From contig CAVYXJ010000007.1 in assembly GCA_963772455.1 (NCBI GenBank), positions 320,001 through 384,000 on the forward strand: a stretch of DNA of 64,000 nt, written 5' to 3'. This stretch comes from Candidatus Bathyarchaeota archaeon. Its GTDB lineage: Archaea > Thermoproteota > Bathyarchaeia > Bathyarchaeales > Bathycorpusculaceae. Below are positions 50,286-59,211 of the stretch, piece after piece. The notes under the pieces were generated by a model. The model saw nothing but the letters and a program-made list of their open reading frames with translations, had not been told where the DNA came from and ran no database searches. Position numbers and translations under genes: made by a program. Numbering within the stretch: position 1 is the first letter of the stretch; each line of letters begins with the position of its first letter.

Positions 50286-50296
50286 ATCATCATTCT

Positions 50297-50734
50297 TCAT
50301 GTTTGAATTTTTCGTCGTAAGGTTACTTTCTTGCCTTGAAGCATATCAAGCCCAAGCGACACAAACTTTGCTCCACCCAAACCAAAGACCATTAACCAGA
50401 GGTCGATTGCAAAGAATAAACCTAGAAGTTCACCTGAAACCACTTGTCCAAATATAGATACGTTCGATAAAATGAATGGTGAATTATAATAGATATTTCC
50501 ATTTAATAGCATCAGCAATTCGTAGACTGAAAAGACAATAATTATAATTCCTGCCAAGAATAAGGCGTAGCCAACGTATTTTTCATCGTAAGACCTTGAT
50601 TTAAACCCAACAAATGATTGCTCTTTTCTTGATCGTCGTGAATAGAAGAACAAAACTAATGCAATAACAACGGCTACCATAATGTCCAAAAGAATTTTAA
50701 TGTAAGTGGAGACTGGATCTTCCATCAGATTCAC
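50297..50734 (-). CDS. Hypothetical membrane protein (paralogue of the next gene)
   Basis: Three TM helices; VGYAL...FSVYE...GGAKFVSLGL.ML. Confidence 0.72.
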   Translation of the reverse strand: MNLMEDPVSTYIKILLDIMVAVVIALVLFFYSRRSRKEQSFVGFKSRSYDEKYVGYALFLAGIIIIVFSVYELLMLLNGNIYYNSPFILSNVSIFGQVVSGELLGLFFAIDLWLMVFGLGGAKFVSLGLDMLQGKKVTLRRKIQT

Positions 50735-50753
50735 AAACGCTTTATGGACAGGT

Positions 50754-51104
50754 TTATTGCGCCTTGGTTTCCCTTGAAGTTTGAAGAGAATTTTGAACTT
50801 CTACTTTGATGTCCTTTAGCATACTTACGCCCAAGGAAGCAATTTTTCCTCCAGCAAACATAACAAATCCCATGAGGATGAACCAGAAGAACAAGTTCGG
50901 AAGCTGGCTTAGCTGAGTTCCTTGAATTGCAGTGGCGTTTGTTCCATTTTGACCTGTTGGTAGAGAGACGTCGGAGAAGTTGAAGAGGTTTGGAGGTGAT
51001 GCATTGCCAGTGTAAACGTTCACCATTTCGTAAACTGAGAAAAGTAGCAAAATAATTCCTAAGATTAATAGGGTGTAGCCGATTATTTTATCGATCTTGA
51101 ACAT
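50754..51104 (-). CDS. Hypothetical 2-TM membrane protein
   Basis: IGYTL...FSVYE...GGKIASLGV.ML. Confidence 0.75.
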   Translation of the reverse strand: MFKIDKIIGYTLLILGIILLLFSVYEMVNVYTGNASPPNLFNFSDVSLPTGQNGTNATAIQGTQLSQLPNLFFWFILMGFVMFAGGKIASLGVSMLKDIKVEVQNSLQTSRETKAQ

Positions 51105-51245
51105 GTATGCTCACTTGTTACGAACTTCAGTCTTGATGAGGTATTGCTTAAAAGCTTTATGAATTATTATGAAAGAATATACGCGTTAATTAGTAATTAA
51201 CAATGGTAAATTTTATAAAACAAGCTCCACGTCTTAAGATACTGG

Positions 51246-51716
51246 ATGGCATGTTTGGCTAGACCTTTCGCATTGAAAGCAATTTATCTAATTTCAGCAT
51301 GGGTTTTAATGGTCAGCTACCAAGTTTTTACTCAAACAGCTCTAACAACATTAACTTTCTCTTTAGAAGACTCAATTCCTGCGTTAGCCTCTTTAATAAA
51401 TTCAAAAGCAGATTTGACAATCTTCATTTGTTCATTCGCTTGGATGTTTGTTTTATCATCCCTAATCTCAGTTTTTATGTTTGGAAGAGAAAGAAGACTC
51501 ACCGTTCAATTTATAGTAAGTTTGGCACTCACTGTTACAGGCTCAGCTTTGTTAGGATTGCTCTACTTATTAGGACTGAACTTATCGAACCCTAATGTTC
51601 TTTCACAACCGTTTACTTTATTGTTTAGTAACGTGTTTTTTGCGTTTTTCTATCTTGCTTTACCATTCATATTCATGGTGGCTGTTGATTTGGGTTTAAT
51701 GAAAATAAAAAAGTAA
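51246..51716 (+). CDS. Hypothetical 4-TM membrane protein
   Basis: Four hydrophobic segments; FAWMFVLSS...GRERR. Confidence 0.72.
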   Translation: MACLARPFALKAIYLISAWVLMVSYQVFTQTALTTLTFSLEDSIPALASLINSKADLTIFICSFAWMFVLSSLISVFMFGRERRLTVQFIVSLALTVTGSALLGLLYLLGLNLSNPNVLSQPFTLLFSNVFFAFFYLALPFIFMVAVDLGLMKIKK

Positions 51717-51803
51717 ACTGAACTAAAAATCCTTGCAGTAAGAGAGCGAAAAGGTGAAAAGCAACAGCGCATGATGTATTCTAAAGATTGGTGACTTTGA
51801 AAA

Positions 51804-52004
51804 ATGAGCGACGTTGATATGGCAACTATCCAATTGACCGGCGAAAAAATGAATTTCATCTTAAGCAAAAAAGACTTCAAAACAGGAAGCCGTGGCTACC
51901 ATGCTCAAGGAAAAATGATGACTGGCGGAAAAAACTACCAGATAAACATCCTGTGCGTAGAGATTGGTTCGAAGCCTAAAGAGAAAGAAGAGAAGAAAAA
52001 GTAA
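51804..52004 (+). CDS. Small basic conserved-looking protein
   Basis: KKDFKTGSRGYHAQGK...YQINILCVEIGSKP; followed by a T-rich terminator. Confidence 0.72.
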   Translation: MSDVDMATIQLTGEKMNFILSKKDFKTGSRGYHAQGKMMTGGKNYQINILCVEIGSKPKEKEEKKK

Positions 52005-52061
52005 CCTAAAATTTTATCTTTCTTTTTGTTATAAACTTTAAAATAAAAAAATTTTTGTTTT

Positions 52062-52547
52062 TTAAGGGATAATTGATGCGCTGATTATTGTTACGTTTGT
52101 ACGTGGTTTATCGTTCGATCCAGTTTCTACTTTGGCGATTTTGTCGACGACGTCTATTCCTGCGATGACTTTGCCGAAGGCTGGATGCTTGCTATCTAAG
52201 AAATTGTTGTTTACTTGATTTATGAAGAATTGGCTGCTTCCTGTGTTTGGACCTGCATTAGCCATAGATATTGTGCCTCGGTCGTTGCGATTGGTTTTTG
52301 TGAATTCGTCTTTTATTTCAGGTATTGATGGGTCGCCGTATCCAGTTCCAGTTGGATCGCCGCCTTGAATCATAAAGCCAGGTATGACGCGATGGAAGAT
52401 TGTGCCATTGTATGTTCCCTGCTGAACTAGTTTTTTGAAGTTTCCAGTGGTTATTGGCATGTCGTTCCTCAGAGCGATTGTTATGTCTCCCATGTTTGTA
52501 TGAATTAAAACTTTGGTTTCAGGTTGATTTGATGATTGTGCTGACAT
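52062..52547 (-). CDS. Cyclophilin-type peptidyl-prolyl isomerase (cytoplasmic)
   Basis: FHRVIPGFMIQGGDP, SMANAGPNT.SSQFFIN, LD.KH.AFGKV. Confidence 0.94.
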   Translation of the reverse strand: MSAQSSNQPETKVLIHTNMGDITIALRNDMPITTGNFKKLVQQGTYNGTIFHRVIPGFMIQGGDPTGTGYGDPSIPEIKDEFTKTNRNDRGTISMANAGPNTGSSQFFINQVNNNFLDSKHPAFGKVIAGIDVVDKIAKVETGSNDKPRTNVTIISASIIP

Positions 52548-52687
52548 AATTTAAACCTGATATTAATTAGAAATATTTGGCTATTATGCCTATTGCTGGC
52601 CATTAGCTTTCTTAATTTGGAGTTTTGTGAGCCCACTGTCAGTAGAAAAGAAAGAAAAGTAAGTAGCTCAATCGGTATTTAAGTTGG

Positions 52688-53398
52688 TTAAGCCAGAATT
52701 GTTGCTTTAATTACCGTTACAGGAGTTATTGGTGTGCTATTCTGTTCGTATGCGTTTGAGGTGACTGGTGCTTTGGCTATATCATCAACGACGCTTTGAC
52801 CTGAGGTTACTTTTCCAAAGACTGTGTAGACTGCATCGAATTTAGTGCCTGCTTGGTCGATTGCCATATTCCCGTTGTCGGCAACGTTTATGAAGAATTG
52901 GCTGGTTGCTGAATTGGGGTCGCTTGTTTTCGCCATAGCTATGGTATATGCGACGTTGCGATTGTTACTGCCTATCTCGTCAGCTATTGTTGGAATTGAA
53001 CTGCTGATTGCACCGCCTTGAATCATAAAGCCATCGATTACGCGGTGGAAAACTGTGCCGTCGTACTTTCCTTGTTGAACGAGGTTTATGAAATTAGTTG
53101 TGGTTATGGGTTTATCACTTCGCATCTCAAGAGTTATATTTCCAACGGTGGTTTGGAGCAGAACTTTTGTTGGGTTGACGTACGATGGGTCGCTTGATGG
53201 CGAAGGTGTTTGGGATGATCTAGTTGACGGTGTGGGTGTAGCCGTGGGTGTTGGTAATGTGTTTGGTTGATTTGCTGATTGTCCCCACACAATGTATGCT
53301 CCTATACCGATTAGAATTATTGCTAAGATACCAATTGCAAGGAACAGTGTCTTGTTGGATTTGCGTTTTGAAGTTTTATTTTTTTTATTTGGAGCCAT
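52688..53398 (-). CDS. Membrane-anchored/exported cyclophilin
   Basis: Basic N-terminus, TM helix and P/T/S linker, then FHRVIDGFMIQGG, AMA, ATSQFFIN, YTVFGKV. Confidence 0.9.
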   Translation of the reverse strand: MAPNKKNKTSKRKSNKTLFLAIGILAIILIGIGAYIVWGQSANQPNTLPTPTATPTPSTRSSQTPSPSSDPSYVNPTKVLLQTTVGNITLEMRSDKPITTTNFINLVQQGKYDGTVFHRVIDGFMIQGGAISSSIPTIADEIGSNNRNVAYTIAMAKTSDPNSATSQFFINVADNGNMAIDQAGTKFDAVYTVFGKVTSGQSVVDDIAKAPVTSNAYEQNSTPITPVTVIKATILA

Positions 53399-53574
53399 GT
53401 CTGAGTAGTAAACGGTTATTCATATAAAATTTTTCTTTTTAGAGCTGAGCAGTGACCTTGTAAAATTTTAGAAGACTATAGTATTTTGTTACTTACCCAG
53501 TATAGCGAGTGTAAATGAGTTAGTTAAAAAAAAATAAGAAAAGAAATAGGGATTTATTTTTGATTTAGTTTGGC

Positions 53575-56163
53575 TTATGGTCTTTTTCTAAGAGTAAGAA
53601 TTCCAACGATTGCAATTGCTATAATTATTGCGACAGCTGCGATTATTATTGTGTTCTGCAGGGATTGAGTTACTGAATCAAATTGTGGCTGGGTATTAGT
53701 TGGTGCTGGTGTTGTTGCTGCTGGGTCAACGCTAAATGATGTTACGGCGTTTGAAGGATAGTATGCTTCAGATCCTGCGAATGATGCGTACACTGTGTAT
53801 TGTCCAGTAATGTCTGGCTTCCAGTTGTATGTGAAGAATCCGTCATTGCTTGTGGTTGTTCCGATGTCGCGGTAATTGCCGTTTGCGTCAACAACGCTTA
53901 GTGTGACTGTGACACCAGTGGTGGTTGGTCTTGGTTGTTGCATGTAGACGTATTCCATCCATGCTGATTGGCTTGCGTCAGAAACAGCTGCAACTCCGTT
54001 GGGGAATCTTGCAACTTGCTCTGCTTGTTTTGAGCCTGCGGAGATGTCTGTGATTGTTCCTTTGATTGTTATCGATGCACCTAGTGGTGCAGCTGTGTCA
54101 GGTGCTGTAACGGTCATTTGGGAGGGTCCTTTTCCGACAGTGTATACTCGTCCATCGTATGCGTTTGCGAATGCCATGTAACCATCTGCTATAGCGACTG
54201 GTGCAATGGATGTTCCTAGTCCTGAAGCAGACCAAGAAGATAGTGTCCAAAGTTCCTGTCCGGTGAAAGCGTCGAGGGCGCGTGCTCTGTAGCCTTTATA
54301 GAGTGGTGTGTTTGGTGAGTGTTCGCCTGACATTGTGTAGATTACGCCGTCTGCGAAGGCTGCTGCGTGTGTTGGATAATTACCCCAGGGTGTTTCGTCT
54401 CCACTGCTTGTGCTGTTTCCAACTCCGCCTTTGCCATATGACCATAGTAGAGTTCCATTAGCCATTGAATAGCAGTAGACGACTCCGCCGTATCCAGTTA
54501 CATAGAGGTTACCGTAAGCTGGGAGTCCTTCCCGTGTGCTGTAGTATTGGAATCCTGGGAAAGTTCCTAGTGGACCCCAACGTAAGTTTCCATCATCTAT
54601 GCTGTAGGCTGATCGTTGGTTAGTTTCGAAATCTGTCATTGTCCAGGCCCGGGTTACTGGGTCTAGGGGTTGTGTTGCTAGCATTCGTGTAATGTTGTTT
54701 GCTGGTGCTGCGTAGTTCTGTTTCCACAGTAATTGTCCTCTGGTTTCTGGTTTGTCGCTTATTGCCCACATTGTCCATGGATTGGAGTTCGGATTAGGTG
54801 TTGAGGTTAATCCAATGTTGCTACTTCGCCCGAGAATAAGATCACCTGGTATTATAGCTACAATTGCAGGAGATGCAGAACCTGTCAGATCTGCATTTAT
54901 GTTTACTGTCCATGAATATGCTTTGGGTACACTGCCGTTTACGATGTTCGATGCGGGATTAGCACTATTTGGAAAACCTGGACCTTCATAAAGTAAATAG
55001 TTGCTTGAAATTGCTGCAGTTTCATTCCAGAGAGCCATTGTTCCAGATTTAGAGGTTGTATTGTAATTGAATATGTAACGCACGATGTTGCCATCATTAG
55101 TATAGACTTCTGTGCCAGTTGGAACGCCTGTTATGTTCATTACTGGTTTCATGTTGAAAGCATTGTAACCAATCCATGTGGTACCTGAAACGACCCACAG
55201 TATTGCTCCAATCACTCCGTGTTGGTTGGGTGTTTGGAAATTGAGCATTTGTGCTTTGGTGGCTGTTATAGTGTCGCTTGACCAAACTGGTTCGCCAGTA
55301 CGGAGATCTACTCCATAGGTGGTTCCGCCTGTTCCAGCCTCACCAAGAGGCGTTTGATAGTAAAGTACTCCACTTACAATCATTGGGTTACCGAATCGAG
55401 TGTTGTATGAGAAGCCTCCGTAATAGGTTAGACCTGATTGTGCATCATCAGTCATCTGCAGAGTGCTTCCGCCAGTCATACCGCCGTATTCAAGGGGTTT
55501 TGTCCACATTATGTGTGGAGTTCTGGGTGCGTCACCGTTCTTTTGCCAAATATCTGATACGGAAGCTCCACCGAGCCAGTTTGATGCGACTGACTCCCAA
55601 GCGTGATTCTGTCCGTTTATCGGTCTTGCCCAATATTCAGAAGGTAATGGATTCTCAGAGCCTTTAGGAACTGGTTCTTGTTGAACTTCTAAGACCATTG
55701 TTGCATGGCTAGGTGTGTAGGTGTCGTTGTTATACGCTGCATATGCGGGATATTTCGTGCCATAATCATAGACTTGTCCAGGGAAGTAAAAGTTTAGAGT
55801 ATAGGTTCCTACTTCTGTTGGAGTAAATTTGGTGTACGCTGACGCTGTTGTGTCAATGACAATTGGCCAGTTTACTGTTTGGTTTGTTCCATCAGGTTTT
55901 GTAATGTCTAATTTGTAATCACGGAACCTGATATCATTGCTGATTAGATTACCTTGAATCGTGTAGTCAATCCATACGTAGATTAGTGCTTGCTGACCTA
56001 CCCCAACAGGGTTAGGGGAGGCACTGATGTATGCATAAGTTGTAAATATCCAGGGGGGTGTATGCGCATTAACTGGTTGTTCAAAGATAACTGATGTTCC
56101 TATAGAGATTGTTAGAAGCAAAGCAATCATAATAGCCATAGTCTTGTTTCTATAATTTTGCAT
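53575..56163 (-). CDS. Large cell-surface glycoprotein with PQQ-like beta-propeller repeats and a C-terminal TM anchor
   Basis: Signal peptide; Ig-like ends; repeats DLRTGEPVW, GQLLW, DGNLRW, NGTLLW, DAFTGQELW; many N-x-S/T sequons; TM helix + RKRP. Confidence 0.85.
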   Translation of the reverse strand: MQNYRNKTMAIMIALLLTISIGTSVIFEQPVNAHTPPWIFTTYAYISASPNPVGVGQQALIYVWIDYTIQGNLISNDIRFRDYKLDITKPDGTNQTVNWPIVIDTTASAYTKFTPTEVGTYTLNFYFPGQVYDYGTKYPAYAAYNNDTYTPSHATMVLEVQQEPVPKGSENPLPSEYWARPINGQNHAWESVASNWLGGASVSDIWQKNGDAPRTPHIMWTKPLEYGGMTGGSTLQMTDDAQSGLTYYGGFSYNTRFGNPMIVSGVLYYQTPLGEAGTGGTTYGVDLRTGEPVWSSDTITATKAQMLNFQTPNQHGVIGAILWVVSGTTWIGYNAFNMKPVMNITGVPTGTEVYTNDGNIVRYIFNYNTTSKSGTMALWNETAAISSNYLLYEGPGFPNSANPASNIVNGSVPKAYSWTVNINADLTGSASPAIVAIIPGDLILGRSSNIGLTSTPNPNSNPWTMWAISDKPETRGQLLWKQNYAAPANNITRMLATQPLDPVTRAWTMTDFETNQRSAYSIDDGNLRWGPLGTFPGFQYYSTREGLPAYGNLYVTGYGGVVYCYSMANGTLLWSYGKGGVGNSTSSGDETPWGNYPTHAAAFADGVIYTMSGEHSPNTPLYKGYRARALDAFTGQELWTLSSWSASGLGTSIAPVAIADGYMAFANAYDGRVYTVGKGPSQMTVTAPDTAAPLGASITIKGTITDISAGSKQAEQVARFPNGVAAVSDASQSAWMEYVYMQQPRPTTTGVTVTLSVVDANGNYRDIGTTTSNDGFFTYNWKPDITGQYTVYASFAGSEAYYPSNAVTSFSVDPAATTPAPTNTQPQFDSVTQSLQNTIIIAAVAIIIAIAIVGILTLRKRP

Positions 56164-56369
56164 TTTATTTTTTTCTTCCTTTATTTATACACCAGTGAAA
56201 AGATTTTTCTTGTTAATATTTCTTTTCTATAACGGTATTATGCGTCAACATTTTAATAAATATGGAACTTTTGAAAAATGTAACCTACAACACATAGAAT
56301 ATTGTTTTAAATGATAAATAGCATGCAGAATAGAGCTCTTAATGCATACCGACAAATCTCAGTTAGCCC

Positions 56370-56553
56370 ATCGGTAGCAGGTTTGGAATCATATTATCCA
56401 TCCCAAGCAGTGACAGCCATTGCATTTGATGTCGCGCCAACCGCAAATCCTGCTTCAAGAAAACTACGTTGTTCATTCGGTCGGCGCCATAAAAGTTGTA
56501 ATCGCAATAGTCGACTCTAACTAGCAATGTTACTATTGAAGATGTATCCATAA
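56370..56553 (+). pseudogene. Decayed 3' remnant of a paralogue of the beta-propeller surface protein
   Basis: AGLESYYPSQAVTAIAFDVAPTANPA parallels AGSEAYYPSNAVTSFSVDPAATTPA; frameshifted VVIAIV and AMLLLKMYP* parallel IAIVGILTLRKRP*; terminator-like T tract follows. Confidence 0.72.
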
Positions 56554-56714
56554 AAAGTCAAATAAAAATTCGCTTTTTATTTTTTTAATTCTGATATTAT
56601 TTCTTCACAATATTTTCCTTATGAGAGTTCGATTTCCGAACGGTTCTTATTTTTAATCGTAAATTAGAAATAACTGTGGTGCCTGATACACTTTAGTTTA
56701 GAGGCTAAATTGTC

Positions 56715-58262
56715 ATGACTGATGTTGTGTTTGTTTTTGAAGTTCACCAGCCACACAGATTGAGACGTAATTTGTTCTGGGAAGGCAAAGTGTTCAAGCG
56801 GCAATCTAAAAATGAATTATTCAACTATTACTTTGACACGGAAGTTGACAGGGAAATCTTCAAGCGTGCCGCACGAAAATGCTATTTTCCCTCAAACCAA
56901 ATCCTCCTTGATGTAATAGACAAGCACAAACATAGCCATAAACCAGCAAAATTTTCCTTTAGCGTCTCAGGTGTTTTTCTCGAACAATGCGAAATGTTCG
57001 ACAAAGATCTGATAGAAAGCTTCAGACAACTCTCAGCAACAGGTTGTGTAGAATTTCTAAACCAAACCTACTACCACTCTATCTCCAGCCTCTATCCAGA
57101 AAAAGAAGAATTCATCGAACAAGCCAAAATGCACAAACAAATTGTCAAAGACCTGTTCGGTTATACAACCCGAGTTTTTGAAAACACAGAGTTACTCTAT
57201 AACAACACAATCGCCAAAACTGTTGAGGACATGGGCTATAAAGGAATCTACACCGAAGGTATAGAGAAGATTCTTGGTGAAAAATCGCCTAATTATATTT
57301 ATTCTCCTAAAGGCGCAAAGAAAATCAAAGTTTTTCTCAGGAACTATAAATTGACTGACGACATTGGCTTTAGGTTTTCATCTAGGTTTTGGCCCGAGTG
57401 GCCATTAACCGCGGACAAGTACTCAAAGTGGTTATCAGAAACCAAAGGTGAATGCATCAGCATTTTCCCTGACTACGAAACCTTTGGCGAACACCACTGG
57501 CCAGAAACAGGCATTCATAGCTTTCTTCAGCACCTTCCGGACGAGATTTTAAAGTTTGACCATTTACAGATGGTTACACCTTCCGAAGTGTTGGATAAGC
57601 ATGTTTCAGCAGGAGAAATCGATGTACCTGAAGCAGGTGGAACCGTTTCTTGGGCTGATATTCAAAGAGATCAATCAGGATGGCTTGGCAATGTTATGCA
57701 ATGGGCGTACTATACGACGCTACGCAGGTTGGAACCGTTCATTAAAGAAGCCGAAGACACTGAGTTTCTAAGGTTATGGCGCGACTTTCAAACCAGCGAC
57801 CACTTGTATTATATGTTCACGGCAGGTGGAGGACCTGGAGAAGTCCATTCATATTTTAGCCCGTACGAGTCGCCTATGGATGCTTTCGTAGCTGCTCAGA
57901 CATTGCTCAATGATTTTGAATGTCGACTAAGACTTTCTATTGTAACAGCCAACGAACCATTTTTGTTCTATACGGGTATTGGAAAAGAGTTTTATACGGA
58001 CACTATGGCTTGGAGCCTAAAAGGCTTCATCAAAGCTCTCAAAGACGTAAACATTAAAGCAATAGAGTTTCATGCTTTTAATGGTGATTTTGAAAGTTGG
58101 GCGCAAAGCTCACTTAAGGACAAGAAATTAGCATCTAAAATAAAAGAACTCACAGCTTCTGGAGAAAAAGGGGAGAAACTTAGAAAATCAATAGTTGAGG
58201 CTGCTACAAAAAGATACATCACCCGAGGTAAGGAGTTGTTGGATGCTACCCAACTTTTCTAA
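56715..58262 (+). CDS. GH57 alpha-amylase with a C-terminal DUF5752-like domain
   Basis: FEVHQP, TYYHS, ENTEL (nucleophile), PDYETFGEH (acid/base), QTSDHLYYM; tail FLFYTGIG...A.SL..F...IEFH...GDFE.W. Confidence 0.9.
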   Translation: MTDVVFVFEVHQPHRLRRNLFWEGKVFKRQSKNELFNYYFDTEVDREIFKRAARKCYFPSNQILLDVIDKHKHSHKPAKFSFSVSGVFLEQCEMFDKDLIESFRQLSATGCVEFLNQTYYHSISSLYPEKEEFIEQAKMHKQIVKDLFGYTTRVFENTELLYNNTIAKTVEDMGYKGIYTEGIEKILGEKSPNYIYSPKGAKKIKVFLRNYKLTDDIGFRFSSRFWPEWPLTADKYSKWLSETKGECISIFPDYETFGEHHWPETGIHSFLQHLPDEILKFDHLQMVTPSEVLDKHVSAGEIDVPEAGGTVSWADIQRDQSGWLGNVMQWAYYTTLRRLEPFIKEAEDTEFLRLWRDFQTSDHLYYMFTAGGGPGEVHSYFSPYESPMDAFVAAQTLLNDFECRLRLSIVTANEPFLFYTGIGKEFYTDTMAWSLKGFIKALKDVNIKAIEFHAFNGDFESWAQSSLKDKKLASKIKELTASGEKGEKLRKSIVEAATKRYITRGKELLDATQLF

Positions 58263-58322
58263 GTCTCGAATGCGTTTATTAGATAAGTTGTCCTAATCTC
58301 CTGTTGGCTTGGGGTATTAGAT

Positions 58323-58574
58323 ATGAGAGACGAGCTTCCATTTCCAGATAAAGTCCTGCAAACACTACATAACTTGTGTGCTACCGCCGCTGATTTGGCA
58401 AGAAGGGGTGAGGATGTAGCACGACTTCTTCAGAAGGACACGAATGAAATTGAGGGCATTTTAGACAAATACAAGTCTGAAGGTTTCGCTGAAAGCTTCT
58501 ATGATAATGAAGGCAAGAAACGGTATTATCTTAATGGACGAGGAATAATTAAGGTCTGCTCGCTTTTCACGTAG
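58323..58574 (+). CDS. Small winged-helix-like hypothetical protein
   Basis: LHNLCAT...helix-turn-helix...EGKKRYYL..RGIIKVCS. Confidence 0.7.
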   Translation: MRDELPFPDKVLQTLHNLCATAADLARRGEDVARLLQKDTNEIEGILDKYKSEGFAESFYDNEGKKRYYLNGRGIIKVCSLFT

Positions 58575-58581
58575 TGGAAAT

Positions 58582-59211
58582 ATGCGCGCCATAATTTTTT
58601 CGTGGGAGTATCCGCCTCGAGTAGTAGGGCAACTTTCAGGATACGTCAGCGCTTTATCAACTCAACTTGCTAATAGTAAAGTGGATCTTAATGTTGTAAC
58701 CTATGATGATTCTGCAACTGGTCAAACACAAGAGCCAAGCGGAGTAATGACTTTTAGAGTTGCTAATCCCGTTCGAAACCACATTGGTGTTTTAACATGG
58801 GTTTTAACTTTAAATCAAGAAGTTGAGCGGGCAGCGGCAAATATTTATTATGATTCAAACAAAAAAGTGGATCTCATAGATGTTTTTGATTGGCATTTTA
58901 TCCCAGCGGCAGTCACATTAAAAAACGGGCTTGGAATACCCTTTATTTACTCGGTTGAAAGTTTAGAGGACCACCGTTCACCAAACGCAAATGCATCCTA
59001 CAATATGGCGATAAAAAGCATTGAGTGGTTAGGTTTCTATGAATCGTCAAGAATTGCCGTAAAATCCGAATGGATGAAGGATGAAGTTGCCCGAATTTAT
59101 AACGCGCCCAAAGAAAAGATAACAATCATTTCTACAGATCCGAGTTCTTCAGTTAAAGATTTCTTGAAATTGTATAGCAAAGTGGCGGTGGCAAACAAAT
59201 ATGAAAGATAA
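58582..59211 (+). CDS. GT4 N-terminal-domain-only protein
   Basis: SWEYPPRVVG...DVFDW...; similar to the N half of the next gene; no C-terminal domain. Confidence 0.8.
   Translation: MRAIIFSWEYPPRVVGQLSGYVSALSTQLANSKVDLNVVTYDDSATGQTQEPSGVMTFRVANPVRNHIGVLTWVLTLNQEVERAAANIYYDSNKKVDLIDVFDWHFIPAAVTLKNGLGIPFIYSVESLEDHRSPNANASYNMAIKSIEWLGFYESSRIAVKSEWMKDEVARIYNAPKEKITIISTDPSSSVKDFLKLYSKVAVANKYER

Noticed and set aside
50071-50457. 128-aa ORF as a real protein-coding gene
   Set aside because: It spans the tRNA and overlaps an opposite-strand membrane gene; no recognisable domain.
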